DNA from: Candidatus Bathyarchaeota archaeon
GTDB lineage: Archaea > Thermoproteota > Bathyarchaeia > Bathyarchaeales > Bathycorpusculaceae
Length of the DNA: 64,000 nt
Reading direction: 5' to 3'
Assembly: GCA_963780185.1 (NCBI GenBank)
Contig: CAWABA010000005.1
Location: 112,964 to 176,963 of the forward strand
The notes beneath the pieces are model-generated. The model did no database searches and was not told the DNA's origin. It worked only from the letters and a program-made list of their open reading frames with translations. A program made the position numbers and the translations under genes. Each line of letters begins with the position of its first letter. Positions within the stretch are counted from its first letter, which is position 1. This document shows positions 19,938-28,790 of this stretch, piece after piece.

Positions 19938-20639
19938 TTGGACGAAGAAACTAGCCGCGAAATTCAAACAAGCATAAGCCAGTGTCTACCTAAAAACGCC
20001 AATGTACTTTTCTTAAGTTTGACGGGCAGCCGAGCTTTCGGGTGGGCTGCGGACTCGCAAGACTACGATGTACACGGCGTCTTTCTCTGCAATAACTACT
20101 GGGACTGGGTACACTCGGGAAAACAAAGCTTCGATATCAACCTCTACGAATTCACCCACGTAGCATCTGACATACACAACCAGCATTTCGAGCAATTCAT
20201 GAATTGGTCAAACCCCTTCTACGTCGACAGCAAATTTGACTTAGATGGCCTACTTCAATTTTGCACTCCCGAGGCAGTCAAACAAAAACAAGGAGACATC
20301 CAAGCGCAAATTAACCGATTCAAATTTGACCAGTCGCCCAGAACTGCCTTGCACGCTTACAGAATACTGATGATTCCGATTTACTTTCTGGAAAACAGCA
20401 AGTTTGAGCTAAACGTCTTCAAAATAAACGAAAAATACAGCTTCGAACAGCTAAGCAAACTCAAAGACGCCTACAACATACCAGGCAAACCATTCGACAT
20501 AACCAAAGTAAACGACGATTTAGACTATTTGCTCAAGCTGTATAATCAGATGCTTACCGTAAAAACAATTGGACCTGACCCATCAACAGCCAGTGAATGG
20601 ATGAAAAACGTAAGGGCAAAATATGCAGGAGAAAACTAA
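19938..20639 (+). CDS. DNA polymerase beta-superfamily nucleotidyltransferase
   Basis: LTGSRAFG...DYDVHGVF, matching hG[GS]-x-DhD. Confidence 0.82.
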   Translation: MDEETSREIQTSISQCLPKNANVLFLSLTGSRAFGWAADSQDYDVHGVFLCNNYWDWVHSGKQSFDINLYEFTHVASDIHNQHFEQFMNWSNPFYVDSKFDLDGLLQFCTPEAVKQKQGDIQAQINRFKFDQSPRTALHAYRILMIPIYFLENSKFELNVFKINEKYSFEQLSKLKDAYNIPGKPFDITKVNDDLDYLLKLYNQMLTVKTIGPDPSTASEWMKNVRAKYAGEN

Positions 20640-20640
20640 A

Positions 20641-21906
20641 ATGACTATACTTGTCGTACCGAGCCTGAACTGCAACTTGCATTGTGGCTACTGTTTTGCA
20701 CACGGATATGATTGGAACACCGCTACAACCTACAACCTTGAAGCCATGCTTGAATCAATGGAAACGCTGCATAATGAAACCAAAGGCGACAGCTTCTGCT
20801 TGCACGGCGGAGAATGTACTCTTATCAATAGAAGAGACTTGGAAACTATTCTTAAAAAAATGTATGATTTGCAAGGCTGCTCATCTTTGCAAACGAATTG
20901 TTACAAAATAGACAATGACTTGGTTAGGCTTTTCAAAAACTACAAGACTTCAATAGGAGTTAGCATCGACGGCGATGGCTCCTTGAACGCTTTAAGAGGC
21001 TTTCCTGAAGACGAAGAAAAAAACAAGCAATACACAGATCAAGTGCTAAACAACATTTTCACCCTCTACAAAGAGGGAATATCGGTGGGCCTCATAGTTG
21101 TTCTGACGAAGGTCAACGCTGACTCTGACGCCAAACTCGAAAGGCTGGTGCAGTTCATTCTGATGCTAAAAGGCCATGGAATCAAAGGCGGGCGATTCAA
21201 CATTATGTGGAGCAACTATTCTGATAACAAGAAGTACGAGTTGACTTCCGAAGAAGCTTCCCACGCATGGGTATACCTGTATGAACATCTCAAAAAATAC
21301 AGCGACCTCCAATGGCAGCCTTTCCGAGAATTTACGGATAACTTGCTGGGGTTCGGGCACTCAAGCTGCTCCTACGGAAAATGCGACTACTTCTGCACCA
21401 GCACAAAAGTGATCTTGCCCGACGGCTCATATGGGAATTGCGACAGAACTCACCAGGAAGGCTCCACATACACAAGAGCTCAGATGTCATACGAAAGATA
21501 TGAAGTTCTCAAGCAAACCGACTGCTGCAAATGCAAATTCTGGGACGTCTGCTACGGCGGCTGCCCATCCGAAGGCCAAGACGGGGACTGGAGAAACAAA
21601 AGCAGATGGTGCAAACCCATATACGACATGTATTCTGCAATAGAAAGCGATCTCGAAGCCATGTTACCTAATGTAAAACTTATGGTTGACTATCAGGGAA
21701 ACGAAGATTACTTTGACGCAATCAGAAAAGGAGCCATGAACGAACCCTTCGAAAAAATGACCGCTACAACAGCCAACAACCCATCCAGCTGGCGTCAAGT
21801 ATCCCTAAAGAAAAAACCTGCGGATCAGAACAAGCCAACCAATAATCAACCTAAAGGGATGATACATGGCGACTTCACCAACAAGGGAGGAGACCAAAAA
21901 TGTTAG
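20641..21906 (+). CDS. Radical SAM enzyme with a SPASM domain
   Basis: CNLHCGYC; HGGEC; SIDG; SPASM Cys pattern CSYGKC..C..PDG.YGNC...CCKCKFWDVCYGGCP...WC; ATG at 20641, 1 bp after the upstream stop. Confidence 0.93.
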   Translation: MTILVVPSLNCNLHCGYCFAHGYDWNTATTYNLEAMLESMETLHNETKGDSFCLHGGECTLINRRDLETILKKMYDLQGCSSLQTNCYKIDNDLVRLFKNYKTSIGVSIDGDGSLNALRGFPEDEEKNKQYTDQVLNNIFTLYKEGISVGLIVVLTKVNADSDAKLERLVQFILMLKGHGIKGGRFNIMWSNYSDNKKYELTSEEASHAWVYLYEHLKKYSDLQWQPFREFTDNLLGFGHSSCSYGKCDYFCTSTKVILPDGSYGNCDRTHQEGSTYTRAQMSYERYEVLKQTDCCKCKFWDVCYGGCPSEGQDGDWRNKSRWCKPIYDMYSAIESDLEAMLPNVKLMVDYQGNEDYFDAIRKGAMNEPFEKMTATTANNPSSWRQVSLKKKPADQNKPTNNQPKGMIHGDFTNKGGDQKC

Positions 21907-22853
21907 AAATTCAGCCATTCGTGAAGATCGCGTGGAATGACAACGCAACAAAAAACCAATACTCCGATATGCTTGAAAAAGTCAAGAGGCTTTCGTTTGA
22001 TGCAGAATACGAAATGGTAAAGCGCGGCTTAAGAAAAGCAAATGTTTACCATATGACCCCGAGGAACTTTGACGTGGAAATCGAGAAAATAACTAGAGAC
22101 GGCTTGGTGTTTCTGCCGATGGTTAGAAGTAAATCGTACAATGGATTCAGCCACAGACATTACCCGGTGAACGAGTTAGACTTCAACTGCTTCGTGTATG
22201 GCGTTGTAGCCCAGAACCTGGAGACTGCACAGAAATTCTGCGACGCCTCTAAAGTCGGCGATCACGTCACACAAGGAGAACTGCTCGGTTACCCTAAATG
22301 CTGCAGTGAAGCCTTCCAAAAGAACTGGGCGAACGGCGTTTTAGATCCCTGCTTCGAAGCTGCGATTAACACTAACTACTCTGTAAGATACCAAAACAAA
22401 GTGCTCGTTGAGGGAGATGGCTTAACAAATGTGATGCTGCGGTACTTCGGCGTAAAAGTAATCCCGTTCTTCCCTTGCAGTTACACTTGCGAAGAAGCTC
22501 TGAAGGTTGCTGACGTATGGTTTGACCTGATGAAATCAATGGATTCTGACGTTGCCGCTGTCGCCTTGGACTTGCTGAATCAACCCTTGACGTGGAGCCT
22601 CTACAAGCAAATCATCTACATCTCGACAACGCGGTTCAAAGGAATAGTCAACGGTTACGAGTGCGCTGACAGAAAGGACATAATTTGGAATGCAGAAAAC
22701 AAAGAAACAAAAGAACTGCCGTTTCTAAAGCCGATTGAGGTAGAGTTACAAGGTGAATCTTCCATTCAACCTTTAAGTCCTCAAAAAACTGAAGCCAAAC
22801 TGAAAACTTGCAAAAAACGCTCTTCAGATTTCGTTAACCCTGCCAAAGAATGA
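21900..22853 (+). CDS. Cys-motif hypothetical protein (LGYPxCC; DUF483-like)
   Basis: GELLGYPKCC..F and FFPCSYTC motifs; overlaps the radical SAM stop codon. Confidence 0.6.
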   Translation: MLEIQPFVKIAWNDNATKNQYSDMLEKVKRLSFDAEYEMVKRGLRKANVYHMTPRNFDVEIEKITRDGLVFLPMVRSKSYNGFSHRHYPVNELDFNCFVYGVVAQNLETAQKFCDASKVGDHVTQGELLGYPKCCSEAFQKNWANGVLDPCFEAAINTNYSVRYQNKVLVEGDGLTNVMLRYFGVKVIPFFPCSYTCEEALKVADVWFDLMKSMDSDVAAVALDLLNQPLTWSLYKQIIYISTTRFKGIVNGYECADRKDIIWNAENKETKELPFLKPIEVELQGESSIQPLSPQKTEAKLKTCKKRSSDFVNPAKE

Positions 22854-22931
22854 TGTCAACATAGAAATCAACAACAAGAAACGAAAAAATCACTTTTTTA
22901 CAAATAAATCGACTTGAAAGGGGGGATACGA

Positions 22932-23138
22932 ATGAGTGAAAAACAAGGAGCTACTTCTGCTCAAATGTCACCGATACCTCAGCACGTCGCTATGCTGAAC
23001 CTGCGAATTAACGATATGATGACGCAGCTTAACACGGTTATGAAAGCGATTTTGGACGAGAACAACGCGTTAAAGCAGGAGAATGCTGAATTGAGAGCTA
23101 AACCGCAAACGGCAAGCCAGTCAACAAACAAGCAATAA
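22932..23138 (+). CDS. Small coiled-coil protein, copy 1
   Basis: QHVAMLNLRINDMMTQLNTVMKAILDENNALKQENAELRAK. Confidence 0.8.
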   Translation: MSEKQGATSAQMSPIPQHVAMLNLRINDMMTQLNTVMKAILDENNALKQENAELRAKPQTASQSTNKQ

Positions 23139-23179
23139 ACCTTTGGTTTGCTGAACAACCTTTTTTCTTTTTTCTTCAT

Positions 23180-23320
23180 TTAGAGATTTTCAACTGATAT
23201 TTCAATTGGAACTGACGAGCGTCAAATCGACAATGACCTAGACACGCTGGAAGTGATGCTGAAGAAAACCGCGGCGGATGCGGCTGCGGGTTTGGATGTT
23301 GAAAGCCGCCATGAATAGGG
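23180..23320 (+). repeat. Cassette boundary repeat: identical 27-bp linker plus a copy of the 3' end of the putative TerS
   Basis: TTAGAGATTTTCAACTGATATTTCAAT is identical at 23180, 27973 and 32001; followed by a GTDERQIDNDLDTLEVMLKKTAA remnant. Confidence 0.9.
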
Positions 23321-24659
23321 TTAGACCTGTTTGGTTTGTTTTGCGTTTTTGCCGCGGTAGAACAGGGTGGCAGCCACCAAAACTACAACGGCGATAGTCA
23401 ACCCCACAATCGCGATTTCCATCCAGCCAACGCCGAAAAGCACTCCTGTCTGAGTGTTTGGCTGCTGTGATGTTGCTGTAGAAGTTTGGGTTTGTGAAGT
23501 TGCGGGATGGCTGGGTTGGCTTGTTGTTTGGGGGTTAGGTGTTGGTATGGGCGCCTTCGGGTCAGGCGCGGCCTCTGTGTTTGGCGAGGTTAAGATCGGC
23601 GTAAACGTCACTGTGCCAACGTTGTAGTTGTCTTTGTGGTCGTAGATCGTCTGGTTGATTACTGAGAGGTCAGTTGTTCCCCACCAATTATTTATGGCAG
23701 TTACGTCGCCAGCCGTTGAACTGTAATTGCCCTGTTGCCCCAAGTAAATGTTGTATTGAGTGTTTTGTTCAAAATTGTTGTATACAATTGTCGGCGTTGG
23801 TGAACCAGCGTATGCGCCATTTGAATTATAGATGTTTACGCCTATTGTGTCACTAGCAATTGTATTATTTTCAATTATGGGTTGTGAGTTTCCGTAAATG
23901 GCAATTCCGATATTGGCGGCATCGATTAAATTCCTTTCAATAACAGGTGTGCCTCCGCCAACGGCTATTACGCCCTGAGAAAAAGTTTGACCGCTAACGT
24001 GGTTATCAGATACGACAGCCCTGCTTGAGCTAAAAAGACCAATAGCATATTGCCCCGAACCCACAAGGGTGTTATTGGTGATTATGGGTGAACCATCATT
24101 AACCGTTATTGGATTACTGATTGGATTACTGAGTCTGTTGCTGGAAATTACAGGTGAACCTCCGTTAACAGTTATGCTGCCAAAATCCAGATTTTGCGTT
24201 ATTTTTGGAGACGCATTACTTACGATAATGGGAAAATCACCTCCACTATATGCGTTTTCGATAATGCTGCCACTGCCAGTTTGCTCGTTCCAAGCGCTGC
24301 CTAGACGGGGTAAAAACAATTGATCCAGTATAAGAACTATCTAGGGCTGTGGTGAATTGTATCCATTTGTTTGGATCGCCCTCTGCCTGTAGAGTGCCGT
24401 TCACAAGCAATGCGTATCCGTTTAAAAGTACTGAAGTTCCTGGCTCAATCTTAAGCGTTACACCCCTGTCCACAGTCACCGGACCTGATATGTTATATGG
24501 ACTGTTGGTCTGTGTCCATGTCGTGTCTGAAGCGATGTCCCCCGTGACGGGCGTATAATGTGAACCTATCTGCGCAAACGAGGTGCAAGAAATACTAGCA
24601 AAAAACAACCCGCAAACTATGATAGCTATTAGTAAGAGTGTGTAGGCGGGTTTTTGCAA
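23321..24659 (-). CDS. Parallel beta-helix (NosD/CASH-like) surface protein with a C-terminal TM (frameshift near 24320)
   Basis: TTWTQTNSPY..GVTLKIEPG, repeated SPxIxxN, NNWWGTTD; TM tail nearly identical to that of 16650. Confidence 0.75.
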
Positions 24660-24746
24660 TCTGTATCTCTCTTATTGGGAGTAAGCGGTTGTTTAGATAA
24701 AAGACTTGTGAATTTTCGGCGTTTTGAATCTACCCGGAGATTTTAG

Positions 24747-24826
24747 ATGAAGCAGCATCAGAGTTCGCGGTTGCGGCGGATGGTGGGGAGCCGTCGAGAA
24801 AGTTTGCGGGCGCCTGAATGGAGCTC
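24747..24826 (+). pseudogene. Remnant of the TerL-B N-terminus
   Basis: MKQHQSSRLRRMVG versus MKQRQQTRLRRMVG at 32084; cgcggttgcggcggatggtggg is identical in both. Confidence 0.75.
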
Positions 24827-24853
24827 ACGCGAACGGTCCAATAATCGCTAACT

Positions 24854-24895
24854 TGTCAAGAAACCTTGACTTAAATCAGTCAAGAAAGTTTGACG
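24854..24895. repeat. Copy 2 of the AGTCAA/TTGACT 12-bp-period element
   Basis: tGTCAA-GAAACC-TTGACT-TAAATC-AGTCAA-GAAAGT-TTGACG. Confidence 0.8.
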
Positions 24896-24956
24896 AATAA
24901 CTTTTTATTGAGTGCAATGCTACTGGCATTTACTACTACGAGGGGTTTAGATCGAT

Positions 24957-25679
24957 ATGGACAAACAGCGTAAAGGTTTGGCCTCAATCTTGATTCTTGT
25001 CGTTGCTATCTCATGCCTGACCTTATCGATGGTTAAATTTGTAAATGCCCAGTCAGTACATGTTCCCGAATTCACGGTAAAATACGTATCTTCATCCTAC
25101 AATACTACAGACCCGTATAAGGGGATAAGTCAGCAAGTTGACAACAACAGCATAGTTGTGTCCATCAAAAACAACCCGTTGTACTATCAAGGTCAACAGG
25201 CTATAATATACTACAATGTCACGACAAAAGGTCACTTTGAAGCAAATTGGACATATATCCTTACAATTGCTCTGAATCTAACTAATGGACCGCTATATCA
25301 TCTTCCACAATCTCTTGAAACAAACTATGGATTAGCATCATCAAACTCATCATATAAGGACATTGTCATTCCCGCGAACCAATATCAGCCTAATTCACAA
25401 ATTGACTTCAGAGTTCAAGAACTTGAATTAAACTCGTCTCAAGTTACGATCTACCCACCTAACGGTGGCGACCCAAGCATTGAAACAGCTTACTATCTGG
25501 TAGGAACCAGTGACTGGAGCACGACTCAAACGGTAACAGTACATGCAAGCTCTGCCTCGCCAACTCCTTCAATACCAGAAATCCCAACTTTAATCCCGCC
25601 TTTGTTACTTTTATCGATAGCTGCTGCTGCACTGCTTATATTCAGGAAAGTTGGATCATCAGTGCCAAAGGTTTGTTAA
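24957..25679 (+). CDS. Secreted SVPEFT-family protein with a PEF-CTERM-like anchor
   Basis: Signal peptide, HVPEFTVKY, YYNVTTKGHF..W, QIDFRVQ, SDWSTTQTV, IPEI followed by a TM helix. Confidence 0.75.
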   Translation: MDKQRKGLASILILVVAISCLTLSMVKFVNAQSVHVPEFTVKYVSSSYNTTDPYKGISQQVDNNSIVVSIKNNPLYYQGQQAIIYYNVTTKGHFEANWTYILTIALNLTNGPLYHLPQSLETNYGLASSNSSYKDIVIPANQYQPNSQIDFRVQELELNSSQVTIYPPNGGDPSIETAYYLVGTSDWSTTQTVTVHASSASPTPSIPEIPTLIPPLLLLSIAAAALLIFRKVGSSVPKVC

Positions 25680-26173
25680 GACTATCGTGCAGCAAACCTT
25701 TCATAGCTGCTTAGTCTCGAGCCAGGTGCAAGGCGAATCAGCCAGTTGGTTTATTGAGAAATTTAAACCAATGGCTTTTGTATATTCGGACAGATTGAAT
25801 GAGACGAGCGGTTTGAGTAATATGCTAACAATAAGCTGTACTTGTAGTTTCTTCAATTTTCACTTTAAAATATAAAGCATAAAAAAAAACAAACTTTTTA
25901 TAAAATTCTGAGAAAAATCCTTTGACCTCTATCAACTTGTGAAGTAATTAATGTTTCTTCTCCAGGTCGAAAATATTCGGCCAATACGATTGATTTTCTG
26001 CGTTTTCAGTCGAATTATTTGTTTACAGTAACAAAGGAAATTGTAAAAAATTCAAAAAGTTTTTTGGTGAATAAGATGAACGAAAACCAACAACAAGATT
26101 GGGAATGCTTGATTGGAGTATTCCTGTTTAAAACGATGGAAATTGAGAGCTTAATTAATCTGGAGGTGAAACT

Positions 26174-27713
26174 TTGAGTTACATTAACTTAGAAGTTACT
26201 AATCTTTTAACAATTGATAACACAATGAAGGTGAAGGATTCACAAAATGGACAGTATGGATACGTAGCTATAACTGCCACAAATGGACCTGATACTAATA
26301 ATCCAATTGCAACTTTAACGCTAAGCGATCTATGGGTTACCGATCAATTGTCAATAACTGCTCCTAACAACGGTTGGATTACATTAAAGGGCATAGATCT
26401 TGGCAAAGGACCAATAGTACAAATTAGTCAAGCAGTGATGACTAAAAGTGACCTCATTGTCTACGGCCTCATAAACACCAGTACCAACCCTACGAAACTT
26501 TGGGGCGGAGGTGGTATAGCTATTGGTTATGGTTGGGTAGGCCATCCCCAAGGGGGATCACCACCTCTCATTTGGTTGACCGGCGCGTCGGAACCGTATC
26601 AGTCGGGCAACAGTTTTCCGTCAAGCGTGATTACCGCTGATGCGGGTGAACTGTTTAATCTTACTGCTACTTGGAGCGGATATTCTCCTGGCTACTACCT
26701 GTGGAACGGAAGTAACTGGATTCTTCAGCCGAGCGCTAGCGGGTTCTACGATACCTTGTTCTTGGTTCAGTATAACTCGTCTGGCATCGAATCGCCTGCT
26801 CATTTGGATTTGGGCAATTTGACTGCTCATGGCGGAATGACGGTCAATGGGACTATAACCTTAAGCGGAATACCTATGATGAATTTTCAGGAATGTCCTG
26901 GCGATTACCTCGTAAAGGGCTCGAGAGGTCATCCAGCCTTGACTAATGCGACGATGACTCGCGTGTGGTTGGAAATCGATGATGCCTCACTTGTGGAGGG
27001 TACAACCGGGCCTGGAGCAAGCATACAATTCAATAATAATGCCACCAACTACTGGGAAATTATTAACAGCGTTTACTGTGCAGCAAGTTGTATTCCAGCG
27101 TCTGACAACCTCGAGTTCTGGTATGACGGGCCAAATCCTGGCTCCAAATTCGCAATTTATGGCAATGGCGCTGTCTGGACAATGCACAACAAGATAGATG
27201 ATGGCTCAGGAAACATGACTGTCAGCGGCGCCGTTTATGTGGACTCTGGTCATTTTGTGAGTATGTCTTCTAATTCGAACATGTGCTTTGATGGTGGATC
27301 TAGTGCAAACTTTTACTGGCGATGTAACTATAACCTGCCTCAATTAAACAACTTCACAACCACAATGACTCTGACTCCGTGGGGCGATTTGTACATAATC
27401 GGAAGTTACTATAGCTGGTCATCGCAACGCAATAAGACAAATATTATTTCAATGCCTGACGCTTCATGGATTTACAATCTAAGACCTGTAACGTTCGATT
27501 GGACCGATCCAAAGCGGGCTACAGCGCTAGGCAGGACGATGGGACTTATCGCTGAAGAAGTCTACACAATCAATCCACAACTGAGTAAAGCTAGACGATG
27601 ACGGGCAGCCTCAGGGGATAAACTACGGTTTGCTTTCAGTGCCGATTCTTGCAGAGTTGCAGAAGTTAAGGACAGAAGTTGACGCATTAAAAGCCAAATT
27701 GGCAGCCTCTTAA
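26174..27713 (+). CDS. Tail-fibre protein with a C-terminal peptidase S74 intramolecular chaperone, cassette 2 (frameshift near 27585)
   Basis: Shared fibre core; SSQRNKTNI..LRPVTFDW..MGLIAEEV, continuing in another frame as INYGLLSVPILAELQKLR*. Confidence 0.8.
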
Positions 27714-27755
27714 ATCAGAAAACAAAGATTCAATGATTCAGGAGGTGTCACAGAA

Positions 27756-27938
27756 TTGGCAGAACAGACAAACCCCCCAGGCTCTCCTGTCGTGCAGCAT
27801 ATTGGTGTTTTGAATTTGCGGATTAACGATATGATGTCGCAGCTTAACACTGTCATGAAGGCTCTGATGGAGGAGAACGCGTCTCTGAAGAAGGAGAACG
27901 GAGACCTGAAAGCTAAACAGCAAACAAGCAAGCAGTAA
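27756..27938 (+). CDS. Small coiled-coil protein, copy 2
   Basis: QHIGVLNLRINDMMSQLNTVMKALMEENASLKKEN. Confidence 0.8.
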   Translation: MAEQTNPPGSPVVQHIGVLNLRINDMMSQLNTVMKALMEENASLKKENGDLKAKQQTSKQ

Positions 27939-27972
27939 GCAAGCGGCTTGCTAAGCAATCTTTTTTCTTCAT

Positions 27973-28140
27973 TTAGAGATTTTCAACTGATATTTCAATG
28001 GGCACTGACGAGCCTCAAATTGACAAAGACATAGACAAGTTGGATGCTTTGCTTAATGAAACAGAGACAGCAAACACGGCTAAAGCGGATGTTGGGGAGC
28101 CGCCGAGACAGCCCAGGGGCGCCTGAATAAAGCTCCAACG
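27973..28140 (+). repeat. Cassette boundary repeat, copy 2 (linker plus TerS 3'/TerL 5' remnant)
   Basis: Near-identical to 32001-32160 (gacaagttggatgctttgcttaatgaaacagagacagcaaac). Confidence 0.9.
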
Positions 28141-28404
28141 AGCGCAACTGCGCCTGAAGCCGCTTGCTTTTCCACCCATGTTTTTGCTTCGGGCCAAGTT
28201 TGCAAGGTTGCCCCCTCCCACTTCGGCTTCGGCAAGTGCATCTGGATCTGTCGCATAGGCATGGCGAAAAAAACCATCCACCCGCGCTTTTCAGCTCCCA
28301 TGCACTCTCCCGAAGCCTAAACCTCGAAAGCGGCTCCCCATTGCCCCAAAAATCATTGCTCAACCAGTTCAAAGGTATCGGAAAGTTGAAGGAGAAATGA
28401 ACCC

Positions 28405-28620
28405 ATGGAAATCTTGACCGCCAAAGCTTGTTTTAAGAAGGCGAAGAAGCCTCGAAAAGACAAGTTTACCGTCACCTACGAGTACGCTTGGTCAGCAACC
28501 AACGATCCAGACGTTTTACAAACAGAGGAGTCATCCCAAATAAGCAATAACCTTGGTGTTCTAAGTCAAAATTTCTACACTATTGGAGTTAATTTTTCCT
28601 CTTCTCTCAAAAAATCATAG
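28405..28620 (+). CDS. Small hypothetical protein, paralog of 33505
   Basis: TVTYEYAWSATN versus TVTYEYSWCATN; NFYTIGVNFS versus NSYNVAVVFS. Confidence 0.6.
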   Translation: MEILTAKACFKKAKKPRKDKFTVTYEYAWSATNDPDVLQTEESSQISNNLGVLSQNFYTIGVNFSSSLKKS

Positions 28621-28790
28621 TCATAGGTGAACAAATTTGTACAAAACAAAATTAGAACAGAAAAATAGTTGGAATGGAATCAGTCGATTCCCACAAACTG
28701 ATGGGGCTACCAAACAAATCAATGGACTGTTTGGGGTTTCATCTAAAACTGAGTATGCAGTATCAACGGCTTGGGAGATGAACTGACAAA

